Assembly: GCA_964016885.1 (NCBI GenBank)
Contig: OZ024745.1
Coordinates: 47,678,001 to 47,742,000 of the forward strand
Reading direction: 5' to 3'
DNA from: Eledone cirrhosa
Taxonomy: Eukaryota
DNA length: 64,000 bases
In this document: in pieces, positions 1 to 17,023 of the stretch
Layout: each line of letters starts with the position of its first letter
Position numbering within the stretch: position 1 is the stretch's first letter
The notes under the pieces: generated by a model
Database searches by the model: none
Seen by the model: only the letters and a program-made list of their open reading frames with translations
What the model was told of the DNA's origin: nothing
Program-made: the position numbers and the translations under genes

Positions 1-1050
1 CCTGTTTAGAAGACTGTTGGTGACTGTGGTAGTGGTTATTTTTATGTAGGTTATGGTTTTTGTTTTTGCTTTTATTTTTAATTTTATTTTCATTTATCCG
101 ACGGGTCCCCGGGAGATGGGTAAAGGGACAATCCCGGTCTAAACACAATCTGTCTCGCAGGGAAAAACGGCAGATTTGTGGATTCCTTGTTTGAGTTATT
201 GGTGGTTGTGTTGGTGTTAAATTAGAGTATCTATTATGGTGGTGGCTGTTTGTGGGGATAGATCGTTTTGTCCTAGGTAAATGGGTGAATTTGCAGCCAC
301 TATCCGTACATATTCTATAGCGTAGAGAGTAGCGGCAAATGATGGGGTTTCGAGTGGGTGGGTATGTGGGTGTGTGTGTTGTGAGGGGTGTAGATGATGG
401 TTTGGGTAGGATTTGACGACCTTTGTGGACTGTGGGAGGGAGAGTTCTTGTTCTGGTATTAGAAGGTAAATTCCTTGACATAGCAGTAGACAAAAATGTT
501 GTAGTAGTAGTAGTAGGCAGAGAAGATGTTGGCAGTGGTGATGATTGGACTGCTGGGCCAGAGAAAGGATGTGGCGTTTCATGCTGTGAGACAGAGGCTA
601 CTGGGGGGTCAATAGTTTCATTTAGTAGATCGGCCATTGTTGATGAATCAAGGAGTGGTTCACACTGTTGTTGTCGTTGCTGTTGTTGTCGTTGCTGTTG
701 TTGATGTTGTTGTTGTAGCTGTTGTTGATGTTGTTGTTGTAGCTGTTGTTGTTGTTGCTGTTGTAGCTGCTGTTGTTGTTGTTGCTGCTGCTGGACAGCA
801 TTCGAAGAGAAAACACACCGTAGTTTATCCAAATGTTTATTGATTAATTTAAAAGCAATTTCGATTTGCTTTAATTTATTTTGAATCTGTTGTTCAGATC
901 GAGTTTTCAAAATTGAACTGTACGTTTAGCAATGTCGTTCAGAGATGAAGCATGTATGTCTTCTGTTTGGGAAAGGCAATGCCATGTGTTTATTAGAATG
1001 TCGATTTCATTATCAGACCAGTTCTGTTTGGATTTTTGCTGGTTAGCCAT
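1..1050 (-). pseudogene. Frameshifted ORF: Myb/SANT-like N-terminus, poly-Q, P/T-rich linker, two CCCH zinc fingers; probable retroelement ORF1; runs off the window start
   Basis: ATG at 1050 gives [23 protein letters not shown]...IAKR; 1-nt frameshift near 920; then SSILKTRSEQQIQNKLKQIE...QQQ...CRYSLRYRICTDSGCKFTHLPRTKR (fingers 281-337) and CRFSLRDRLCLDRDCPFTHLPGTRR (116-172), open to base 1. Manual translation. Confidence 0.7.
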
Positions 1051-1090
1051 TCTAGTTTTGAGTGTGTGTGTGTTTTAGTTAAGTATTTCA

Positions 1091-3613
<2,523 letters not shown>

Positions 3614-3614
3614 A

Positions 3615-3981
3615 AGAGATGACCCCTTAGCCTTTGTCAGGGCAGAATTCTAGGAGAAGGAAAACTCTGATATAACACCTGCAACCCTGATGGTATCCAA
3701 TGATGTTGACTTGTTCTTCTTTTTGGTAAATATCATCTTGGTTAAGAGAGTGGGACTGGTTTTGTGCAGTGCCTTTGCTCACTATAAAAGCTTCACGGCA
3801 CAGGTATTGCTTTATATCTGGAGATCTCTCTGCACTTGTTGTCACATGGTACCATGGGCCCAGCACTGTGACAATAATTGTCACAAGTGTAGTGTTTGTA
3901 CCAGAGTGCATCGGTAGGGGTTCTCTCCTACATGGATGTAAAGTGGTGGCCGTACTCGAAAACGAGTTGGCAGCCACCACC
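3615..3981 (+). mobile_element. Non-autonomous RTE-derived element, copy 1 (5'-shortened, internal deletion), followed by (GTAT)n tail
   Basis: Near-identical to 4244-4657; contains TCTAGGAGAAGGAAAACTCTGA (RTE 5'UTR-like) and ends GCCGTACTCGAAAACGAGTTGGCAGCCACC. Confidence 0.6.
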
Positions 3982-4196
3982 ATGTATGTATGTACATATA
4001 TATGTATGTATGTGTGTATGTATGTATGTATGTACGTATATATGTATGTATGTATGTATGTGTGCATGTGCATGTATATATGTATGTACGTATATATGTA
4101 CGTATATATGTACGTATATATGTATGTATATATGTAGGTATGTACGTGTATATGTATGTATATGTATGTATATATATATGTATGTATATATATCAA

Positions 4197-4657
4197 AGGG
4201 CATAGGAGCTCTTAAGAGTCAATGGCCATCCAAAATCACTGGGAGACATGACCCCCTTAGCCTTTGTCAAGGCAGAATTCTAGGAGAAGGAAAACTCTGA
4301 TATAACACCTGCAACCCTGATGATATCCAATGATGTTGACTTGTTCTTCTTTTTGGTAAATATCATCTTGGTTAAGAGAGTGGGACTGGCCTTGTGCAGT
4401 GCCTTTGCTCACTATAAAAGCTTCACGGCACAGGCATTGCTTTATATGCTTTATATCTGGAGATCTCTCTGCACTTGTCGTCACATGGTACCATGGGCAC
4501 AGCACCATGTGTCAATAATTGTCACAAGTGTAGTGTTTGTACCAGAGTTTTCAAGCTGGCTGGACTAAAAAGTCACACTCGTTCAGCGCATCGGTATGGG
4601 GTTCTCCTACATGGATATAAAGTAGTGGCCGTACTCGAAAACGAGTTGGCAGCCACC
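4197..4657 (+). mobile_element. Non-autonomous RTE-derived element, copy 2, retaining a C2H2 zinc-finger remnant
   Basis: Encodes [24 protein letters not shown], like the C-terminal C2H2 finger of RTE ORFs; its tail merges into the microsatellite. Confidence 0.6.
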
Positions 4658-4712
4658 ATGTATGTATATATATATATATATGTATGTATATATATATATG
4701 TATATATATATG

Positions 4713-4747
<35 letters not shown>

Positions 4748-5186
4748 GTATATATATATGTATGTATGTATATATATATATATATGTATGTATGTATATA
4801 TATATGTATGTATATATATATATATATGTATGTATGTATATATATATGTATGTATATATATATATATGTATATATATATGTATATATGTATGTATATATA
4901 TATGTATATATGTATATATATATGTATATATATATATATATGTATATATATATGTATATATATGTATGTATATATATATATATATGTATATATATATGTA
5001 TATATATGTATGTATATATATATATATGTATATATATATGTATATATATGTATGTATATATATATATATGTATATATATATGTATATATATATGTATATA
5101 TGTATATATATATGTATATATATGTATGTATATATATATGTATGTATATATATATATATGTATATATATATGTATATATATATGTA

Positions 5187-5231
<45 letters not shown>

Positions 5232-5448
5232 GTATATATATGTATATATATGTATATATATGTATATATATATATATGTATATATATATGTATATATATA
5301 TATGTATATATATATGTATATGTATATATATGTATGTATATATATATGTATATGTATATATATGTATATATATATATATGTATATATATATGTATATATA
5401 TATATATGTATATATATATGTATATATATATATGTGTATATATATATG

Positions 5449-5479
<31 letters not shown>

Positions 5480-5530
5480 GTATGTATATATGTATATATG
5501 TATATATATGTATATATATGTATATATATG

Positions 5531-5561
<31 letters not shown>

Positions 5562-5640
5562 GTATATATATGTATATATATGTATATATATATATATATG
5601 TATATATATATGTATATATATATGTATATATATATGTATA

Positions 5641-5683
<43 letters not shown>

Positions 5684-5710
5684 GTATATATATGTATATA
5701 TATATGTATA

Positions 5711-5753
<43 letters not shown>

Positions 5754-5935
5754 GTATATATATATGTATATATATATGTATATATATATGTATATATGTA
5801 TATATGTATATATATATGTATATATATATGTATATATATATGTATATATATATATGTATATATATATGTATATATATATATGTATATATATATGTATATA
5901 TATATATATATGTATATATATATGTATATATATAT
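4658..5935. repeat. (TA)n/(TATG)n microsatellite array, ~1.3 kb
   Basis: Directly visible. Confidence 0.98.
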
Positions 5936-8900
5936 GTAGGCACCCTAAAGGGGCGCGCTAACGAGGTTGTAGAAATGCTTGAACGTAAGGAGGTCGATGT
6001 TTGTTGTATTCAAGAGACCAGGTGGAGGGGTGGGTCTGCTAGATTCATTGAGGGTAAAAAACGATGTTATAAGCTTTTCTGGGTGGGAAACGACGATGGG
6101 CTGGGTGGAGTAGGAATCATGGTAGCAGAAAAGTGGGCGGATAAGATAATAGACGTAAATAGAGTGAACGACAGAATAATTAAAATACGACTTGTCCTCA
6201 ATAGAACTACGGTGACAGTAATATCTGCGTATGCACCCCAATCCGGACTGCCCGGCACTATAAAAGACAGATTCTATGAGACACTGATGCTCACTACCTC
6301 CCAAATATCTGACAGTGACTATATAATTATTGCAGGCGACCTAAATGGTCACGTTGGGCAACATTGTGACGGCTACGACGAAATCCATGGAGGCTATGGG
6401 TTTGGTACTAGAAATGAGGAAGGCTCCAGAATCCTGGAATTCTGTGATGCAAATAACCTAACTATCTGTAACACTAACTTCAAAAAACGTGACAATCACC
6501 TGATCACCTATAGATCCGGGGAACACACAAGCCAGGTAGATTATATCCTTACCAGAAGACGTGACAGAGTGTCTGTTGTAAACACTAAATCCCTCCCCCA
6601 TGAAGAATGCACCTCCCAACATAGACTGATAATTAGCGACCTCATAGTCAGGTCGAGACGTACTCGACAGCAGAAGAGGACTATCCTCAGGAGAAAAATA
6701 TGGAAGCTAAAGGACCCCACAGCCAAAAATAAATTTCAAAACATATTACTTGATGCTTTCGACAGTAAGGAAGAACACTTAGAGTCGGACAATATAGAGG
6801 GACAGTGGGAATTTCTGAAAGCAAACCTGCTGTTGGCCACAGACGAAGTCTGTGGCTGGAGCAGGCCTGTAGGCAGGAGGAGAGTAACATGGTGGTGGAA
6901 CAGTAAGGTGGAGGAGTCAATTAAGGCCAAAAAGCAGGCTTGGAAAGTATGGCGGGATGGGGGAAGTAGAGTAGACTATCAAGTGGCCAGGAGGGAAGCT
7001 AGGAGAGAAGTGTACTTAGCAAGAAGGGAAGCTGAGGAAAGAAAGTTCAAGCATGTCCTACAACGCGATGACCAAAAACGTGAGGTGTTCAGGATTGCTA
7101 GGCAATGCGTCAAGGAAAATCGTGATATTGTCGGGGAGAAGTGTGTACTTAACGATGATGGCATACTTGCCATCACCGACACTGATAAGAAGGCAGCTTG
7201 GAAGTGTCACTATGAAAGGCTACTAAATGAGGAGAATAAATGGGAGAAAGACAGTCTCCCCCATGTCGACCCAATAGAGGGACCAGCAGTGTTAGTCGAG
7301 GGGAGTATAATAAGTAAGGCAATCAAGGATATGAAGACAGGTAAGGCGGCTGGGCCTTCGGAAATAGTTGCTGAGATGCTGAAGGCATCTGGCACGGTGG
7401 GACACACCATGGTCACCCGCATAGTTAACCAAGTCGTACAGAATGGGGTTGTTCCGAAGGACTGGCATAGCAGCATCATCGTTAACTGTTATAAGGGTAA
7501 AGGAGACGCCCTAGATAGGAGTAACTATAGAGGCATTAAATTAATCGACCAGGTCATGAAGGTCACAGAAAAAGTAATAGCGCAACTAATCAGAGAGAGA
7601 ATTGACCTAGATGAAATGCAGTTCGGGTTTGTGTCAGGCAAAAGTACCACAGACGCTCTTTTCATAGTACGACAACTACAGGAGAAGTACCTAGCTAAAG
7701 GTAAACCCCTCTACTTAGCTTTTGTCGACTTGGAGAAAGCCTTCGACAGAGTCCCCCGCTCCATTATCTGGTGGGCTCTTAGAAAACTAGGCGTTGACGA
7801 ATGGCTTGTGAGGGCTATACAAGCCATGTATAAAGAAACAGTCAGCAAGGTTAGAATTAACAACGAATATAGTGAAGAGTTTAGCGTAAAAGTTGGCGTC
7901 CATCAGGGCTCTGTTCTCAGCCCCCTACTATTTATTATTGCCCTTCAGGCAATAACAGAGGAGTTCAAGACAGGCTGCCCATGGGAACTCCTATACGCAG
8001 ACGACCTGACACTCATAGCGGAATCAATGGCCGAGCTAGAGAAGAAATTCCAAACATGGAAGCACGGCCTAGAGTCAAAAGGACTTAAAATTAACCTGGC
8101 TAAGACCAAAGTTCTAGTTTGTAGGAAAGAAAACAAGGCGGCGGTCCCTTCTGGGAAATGGTCGTGCTCGGTGTGTAGGAAAGGGGTAGGTAGAAACTCC
8201 ATTTTGTGTCCTAAATGCAAAGTATGGGTGCATAAAAGATGTAGTGGGATCACAGGTAAGCTAACTAAGAACATAGATTTTACATGTGGCCGGTGTTCTG
8301 GTGCAATAAGTAGCAGCAAGTGCCCACACAATACTAGCTCTTTCAATTGCGCAGAGGGTTCTATAGAAATAGTGGACAGCTTCCGTTACCTGGGCGATAA
8401 AATCAGCAGTGGGGGAGGGTGCTCTGAAAGTACTGTAGCTAGAGTCAGAACTGGTTGGAAAAAGTTCAGAGAGCTTATACCACTATTAGCTGCTAAAGGG
8501 TTCTCCCTAAAAATGAAAGGCAGGTTGTACGATGCCTGCATACGAACAGCAATGTTGCATGGCAGTGAGACCTGGGCATTGTGTGCAGAGGATATACGCA
8601 GACTAGAGAGGAACGAAGCTTGCATGCTCCGCTGGATGTGTAACAGTAATATACGTGAACGGCAAAGCATAAACGAACTAAGGAAAAAATTAGAGATAAG
8701 AGGGATCAGATGTTGTTTACTCGAGAGAAGGCTACGTTGGTATGGACACGTGATGCGCATGAAAGTCGATAGCTGTATAACAAAGTGCAGGGCAATAAAG
8801 ATAGACGGTAGCCACGGAATAGGCAGACCTAGAAAAACCTGGGACGAGCTGATAAACTCCGACCTCACACACTTACACCTCTCCAAGACAATGTCACTGG

Positions 8901-8962
8901 ACCGAGACCTTTGGCGGTACTCAGTAACAGAGAAGACCCGCCTTGCCAGTAGGCATCTCTAA
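5936..8962 (+). CDS. RTE endonuclease-reverse transcriptase with PHD-like zinc finger (1008 aa, no stops, own start codon missing)
   Basis: C-terminal part of ORF 4475..8962, starting [10 protein letters not shown]; CSVC..CPKC..HKRC..CGRC after the RT domain. Confidence 0.9.
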   Translation, partial: VGTLKGRANEVVEMLERKEVDVCCIQETRWRGGSARFIEGKKRCYKLFWVGNDDGLGGVGIMVAEKWADKIIDVNRVNDRIIKIRLVLNRTTVTVISAYAPQSGLPGTIKDRFYETLMLTTSQISDSDYIIIAGDLNGHVGQHCDGYDEIHGGYGFGTRNEEGSRILEFCDANNLTICNTNFKKRDNHLITYRSGEHTSQVDYILTRRRDRVSVVNTKSLPHEECTSQHRLIISDLIVRSRRTRQQKRTILRRKIWKLKDPTAKNKFQNILLDAFDSKEEHLESDNIEGQWEFLKANLLLATDEVCGWSRPVGRRRVTWWWNSKVEESIKAKKQAWKVWRDGGSRVDYQVARREARREVYLARREAEERKFKHVLQRDDQKREVFRIARQCVKENRDIVGEKCVLNDDGILAITDTDKKAAWKCHYERLLNEENKWEKDSLPHVDPIEGPAVLVEGSIISKAIKDMKTGKAAGPSEIVAEMLKASGTVGHTMVTRIVNQVVQNGVVPKDWHSSIIVNCYKGKGDALDRSNYRGIKLIDQVMKVTEKVIAQLIRERIDLDEMQFGFVSGKSTTDALFIVRQLQEKYLAKGKPLYLAFVDLEKAFDRVPRSIIWWALRKLGVDEWLVRAIQAMYKETVSKVRINNEYSEEFSVKVGVHQGSVLSPLLFIIALQAITEEFKTGCPWELLYADDLTLIAESMAELEKKFQTWKHGLESKGLKINLAKTKVLVCRKENKAAVPSGKWSCSVCRKGVGRNSILCPKCKVWVHKRCSGITGKLTKNIDFTCGRCSGAISSSKCPHNTSSFNCAEGSIEIVDSFRYLGDKISSGGGCSESTVARVRTGWKKFRELIPLLAAKGFSLKMKGRLYDACIRTAMLHGSETWALCAEDIRRLERNEACMLRWMCNSNIRERQSINELRKKLEIRGIRCCLLERRLRWYGHVMRMKVDSCITKCRAIKIDGSHGIGRPRKTWDELINSDLTHLHLSKTMSLDRDLWRYSVTEKTRLASRHL

Positions 8963-9320
8963 CAAAATACACCCCGTCCCACCACCACCACCCCCACCCC
9001 ATCCACACCACCCCGTCCTATGTAAAGTTATGTTGGTGCCGCGCCATCCGGGCCGAAACAAATGAGATCGTGTAGGTGTCACGACAAAAAAACACACAGT
9101 CCACGCTGTAATGTGGCCGTGTAGGCAACACGGTAAAAACCTCCCAGACCCACACTGTAAATGTGGTTGGTGTTAGGAAGGGCATCCAACTGTAGAAAAC
9201 CTGCCAGACAGTCCTATGCGAGCAAGACAATCACTCTTGCCTCAAGTGGGACTACCCCCGTCCAAACCCATGCAAGCGTGGAACACGGACGTTAAACGTT
9301 GATGATGATGATGATGATGA
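5936..9320 (+). mobile_element. RTE-clade LINE, nearly full ORF, 5'-truncated, with 3'UTR and (GAT)n tail, inserted in (TA)n
   Basis: APE endonuclease ([34 protein letters not shown]) and RT ([31 protein letters not shown]); 3'UTR 8963-9300; (GAT)n tail. Confidence 0.95.
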
Positions 9321-12415
<3,095 letters not shown>

Positions 12416-12453
12416 GAAATATAAGAATCAAGGAACTGTTCAAAACATTATTG

Positions 12454-12500
12454 TGCTTACAGCTGTTTCCTCCAAACCGAGGTTTGGATTCTTCGGAGCA
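12454..12500 (-). ncRNA. Minimal type I hammerhead ribozyme, variant core CCGAAGA
   Basis: Minus strand: TGCT-CCGAAGA-A-TCCAAAC(CTCG)GTTTGGA-G-GAA-ACAGCTGT-A-AGCA; stem I TGCT/AGCA, 7-bp stem II, palindromic stem III. Confidence 0.75.
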
Positions 12501-13041
12501 ATTTATTAATGCATGGACAGTTATATGACCTCCTTTTCAGCCGAGAGACATACCAACACATATTCAAACATTGATACATATTCAAACATTGTGGGTCAAC
12601 ATTCATTACAGAATTTAGAGTGGCAGTACACACTTCGAGATTACATTTATATTAATAGGTACAATCAAAAATCAAAGATATAGGTTAAAGTACAACATGA
12701 AGATAAGTGGTTATATAGTGCAAATGTTATATGTGTGGCACGCATGTGCGTCTTGTTTATATAGTGTGGCAGAGAGATATGTGTGGTAGAGGCACTTAGG
12801 TAGGTAAATAAGAGTGTTAGGTTGGTAGATCTGGTGGCAAAGTCTTTATATGATTGATATAGTCTGTGTGCAAATGGGTAAATCTCCGGGAAACAAGATC
12901 CGGTGGGGGAGAGAGAGATGTAGGTGGGTGTACGTTGAGATGCGTGATGTGTATAAGATGTGTAGAAAGAAGGGAATGGTATAAAGGATAAAATAAAAAT
13001 AACAACACAAGAGAGAGTTACCTTGGGAGAGATTTAATAGT

Positions 13042-13077
13042 CCCTATATATTTCGGATTCACATCCATCAACTGGGG
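13042..13077 (-). ncRNA. Minimal hammerhead-like fold with divergent core CAGTTGA
   Basis: Minus strand: CCC-CAGTTGA-T-GGAT(GTGA)ATCC-GAA-ATATAT-A-GGG, ~390 nt downstream of the Penelope GIY-YIG stop. Confidence 0.5.
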
Positions 13078-13307
13078 GTTTTTCCGGGGTGGGGGAAAAG
13101 GTTGTCTGTCGGACAGGTGCGAAACGCGTCCTCCGCTGTTTGTTGTTTTGAATATCTGAGGTATTCGGCAGAGCGCGTGTGCGCGTGAAATGGGGTCGGT
13201 CGGGCAGAGGTCAGCGGCCGAATGAGGGAGTGGGATGGCGCTAGCTGTCAGTCCATTCTCTGCCTGTTTGTTAAATGTTACTGTGTGTGTGTGTTGTTGT
13301 CTCGCTT

Positions 13308-13347
<40 letters not shown>

Positions 13348-14970
13348 GTTGTTGCCTTGTTCCTCTGTATTGGCAGTGTAGTATGTTCGTATGGTGGAAT
13401 GCTACTGTGTGTGTGTGTGTAGTTGTCTCGTTTGTCTGTGTTGTGTGTTAATGCATCGTTTGTTAAGTTAAACCAGCCATTTCATTTCACTTCTCTCTGA
13501 TCGGTTGTTTATTTGCAGTTGCAGGCTTTTGATAAAAAGCGCTTCCTTGATACGTAACGTGCCGACGTATCTTTCAGTCGCTAGAATTGTGACAATGGGC
13601 CTTCCGTCTTTGTTTCCGCATTTGTCTATGTGTTTCCGGAAAGACGAGGCCCTGGTTTTAGTGTGTTCCTTGATCCGGATGTGCAAAGGTCGGATTGTGC
13701 TACCTATGTAGTATTGGTTGCACCTGTCACATTCTATCTTATACACGACGTATGTGCGTAGACAACAGTTCGCATGGCGTATCGGGCAGTCTCCGAGGGA
13801 GCATGCATCAGTAGATTTCCCGGGTTTCCTGGAGAGGCATCTTCGCAGGGAGGGGCCTGAGTGGGCCAGGTGGTTGTCGAGGCCCTCCCTCCGTATAGCC
13901 TTGCGGATAGCGTTGGTGGTATTCTCACCCAGGTGTGGCATTTTAAGGAAGCACTTGCCTTGGGTGCCTCTCTCTGTCTCCTATTCTGTCTGTGATTGAG
14001 GTAGGGTACCCGTTCGTCTCCAGCACCTCGAGGAATCGCTTGGTATGAGTGACACCACTCGTGGGATCGCTGCATCTGGTTTTGATTCGCGCGATCTCGT
14101 TCGTGATGTATCCTCTTTTGGCACTGTTAGGGAGGGCGGACTTGTAGTGAACGAACAGGTCCCTGCAGGCTGCCTTTCGGTAGAAGTTGCAGTGGATCCT
14201 TCCCTGTTCCGTGATGTTGATTCGGAAGTCGAGGAGGGCAAGTGACCCGTCTTCGTTGGGGTGTTCAACACTGAAGTCAATGTTCTCGTCCGTGTTGTTG
14301 AACGTCTCGTAGATTCTGTTCGCCGTGTCTTGGGAAGATGTGAGGATGAGGATATCGTCCACGTATCTTGAGAAAAAGGCTACGGCATTGGGGTGGCAGG
14401 CGTTGAGTGCCTTGCGTTCGAGGTTGTCCATGTAAGAGATCGCTAGCACACCTGATAGGCTTGATCCCATGAGCAATCCCGAGGTTTGTTGGTATGTTTG
14501 GTCAAGGAATCCGAAGTAGGTGTTGTCGACGACGATGGATAGGAGTTGGATGTCAGTGGTGGTGAGCCCGAAGCAGTGTAGGTCATTATAAATTAAAGTC
14601 TATATTTTATTATAGGACAAATTTTCACAATGATCTATCCATTAGTAAAGACACTATAAACATATGAATTAATAAAACCGTTTTTAGATAAGTTCTGTTG
14701 AATCCTCTCTGAACCGATTGTAATAACTACTTCACCTTGTCTTATTCTTTTATTATATATATTATAGATAATACATATATAAGGCCATTTGTATCTGGTT
14801 TAGAATAGGTACATTGTATCCCTGAGTGTTGTAAAAAATGGTGTCTGGCTGTAAAATATTCCTCAAAATGTGCTGTTAAACTCATGCCAGCATGGAAAAG
14901 TCTATGTAAAAATGATGATGAATGTGTGCTTGCCATTTCTATTTCTTGAGAAATTGCCATTCTCCTACAT

Positions 14971-17023
14971 GCAATTTGGGAAACTTCAGCGGTCCGACTT
15001 GCCAGGAAAGAATGTCGGAATGCTGAACGGCAATATAAACTGCATAAATCAGATGCCAACAGAAGAAAGCGGAATAAATCTAACCATCTCAAGCAAGTGA
15101 CAAAGAAGGCAGTGCTTGAATTTGAACAGTGCATAGCAACCAATCCTGACAGTAAGGTGTTCTGGAAATATATTCATTCAAAGCAGAGACCTCACTCTCC
15201 AGTTGGTCCTCTTCGCAATCCCCACACAAGCCAGATCACTGACGATCCCAAAGAATGCGCAGAACTCATTGCTGAGTGCTATTGAAGTATTTTTACTGTT
15301 GAAAACCAGAATGTACCATCTCCACCATCTCTAACATCAAATTCCATAACAACTATGGAATTTACACCTGCAATGTTGCGACGTCACCTTAAGAATAAGC
15401 GCAACTATGCCTCCCCTGGTCTTGATGGTGTGACATACCTGCTTCTCAAACGTGGCGGGTATTTCCTTTTGCACCAGCTTTCTTTCTTCTTTCAATACTG
15501 TCTCAACAATGGTGCTACTCCGGAGCAGTGGAAAACTGCCAGTGTCATTCCCCTGTTCAAAAAGGGCAACCGCATGTCACCTGTCAACCAGTCAGTCTTA
15601 CTAGCTGTATGGCCAAACTGATGGAATCCTGTGTCAGAGAAACACTTTGGAACTTCTGGAGCTCTCACAGCCTCATCCGGCCCTCACAGTTTGGATTTAT
15701 CCCTAACTCCAGCTGCTGTGATCAGCTTATCGAGTTCCTTGAAGACATCACCCGGATCACTGACAGCGGCTCATGGGTGGATGTTGTTTACCTTGACTTT
15801 GCTAAGGCTTTTAATTCTGTGCCACACAAAAAGACTTATGGCAAAACTCTCTGCAATAGGTGTGAGGGATGATCTTTTCGACTGGTTGAAATCCTTCATT
15901 CTCAGCTGAAAAGAAGTAGTCACGGTTCTAGGACAGCATTCTTCACCATATGAGATGTCATCTGGTGTACCACAGGGATCTGTTCTTGGTCCCCTTTTGT
16001 TTGTGGCATATATTAATGACATAGATGCCAACTTACAGAATGCCACGGTACTGAAATATGCAGATGACATCAAGCTGTACCTTGAAATCAAAAGGACTAA
16101 TCCTGAAATCTACAACTCTTTCCTACAATCAGACCTGGACACAATGCAGCAATGGATCACAGACTGGCAACTGAAGCTGGCTGTGGACAAGTGTACCACC
16201 ATGCATTTCGGAAGGAAAAATCCAGCGTCCACATACTCCCTCCACAACACTGATATCATGAAGTCCTCTTGTGAACGTGACCTGGGCATTACTCTCAGCA
16301 CCGATTTGCGTTGGACAAAGTATGTCTCTAAGATTGTCAAGAAGGCCGAGGGTGTCTTGGCATCACTCAGCAAGACCTTTGTTAGCCGCTCTCCAGCTAT
16401 CTATTTAAAACTGTATACAGCTATGGTACGACCACACTTGGAATTCGCATCATCAGTCTGGAACCCCTATCTTGCTCAGAACATTGACCGCCTGGAAACT
16501 GTTCAGAGACGTGCAACCAAGCGCATACCCTCTATCAGGGATCTACCATACTCTGAATGCCTTGCTTCCCTGGGCATGGATTCATTGAAGCTCCGACATC
16601 TGGCAATGGACTTGGTAAAAACCCACAAAGTTATTAACCATCTCGCCAACAACAACCCTGAGCACCTTTTTGATCTCCTTGTGTTTAACACACGTGGACA
16701 TGCCTACAAAATCAGAAAACAGCACAGCTCTCATGACTTTCATAAACATTTTTTCACGCTCAGAGTTGCTGAAGCATGGAACAAACTGCCTGCGTCAGTT
16801 GTTAGCTGCCGAGACACTGCATCCTTTAAAACCCTCATGCTTCCCGAAATACACCAAAACTACACCTGATGTACCCCTTCCATACACATGCACACGTGTA
16901 TATCATGACTCATGCACTGTTCATTTTCCTGACGTTTGTACATTACCCTATGTACTATACATACACTTTTTGATGAGTTGTAGTGCACCTGAGCACTGTA
17001 CACAATATTTTTATTATTATTAT
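14971..17023 (+). mobile_element. CR1/L2-group LINE, 5'-truncated, frameshifted RT, (ATT)n tail
   Basis: VVYLDFAKAF, SGVPQGSVLGPLLF, KYADDIK, TRGH; 3' stem-loop GTAGTGC-ACCTGA-GCACTGT then TATTAT tail. Confidence 0.9.

Larger units (their letters stand above)
12416..14582 (-). mobile_element. Penelope-like element, 5'-truncated: RT + GIY-YIG endonuclease + 3' pLTR-like region
   Basis: ORF 13943..14476 has LLMGSSLSGVLA and FSRYVDDILIL; ORF 13468..13941 has VVYKIECDRCNQYYIGSTIRPLHIRIKEH and IKEALFI; frameshift near 13942. The 3' boundary is approximate. Confidence 0.9.

Noticed and set aside
217-843. ORF-track ORFs 217..582, 423..704, 622..816 and 637..843
   Set aside because: Alternative frames of the poly-Q/CCCH ORF; low complexity, no motifs.
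4197-4300. HDV-like ribozyme in the RTE-derived 5' end
   Set aside because: I could not assign the P1-P4 nested pseudoknot by eye.
9018-9230. Recurrent small ORFs '[15 protein letters not shown]' (also 19045, 36651, 38383, 40199)
   Set aside because: Antisense translations of the repeated RTE 3'UTR, not a gene family.
13106-13135. CTGTCGGA...GAAACGCGTC hammerhead-like string on +
   Set aside because: No stem I or stem II pairing, poor core, and antisense to the Penelope element.
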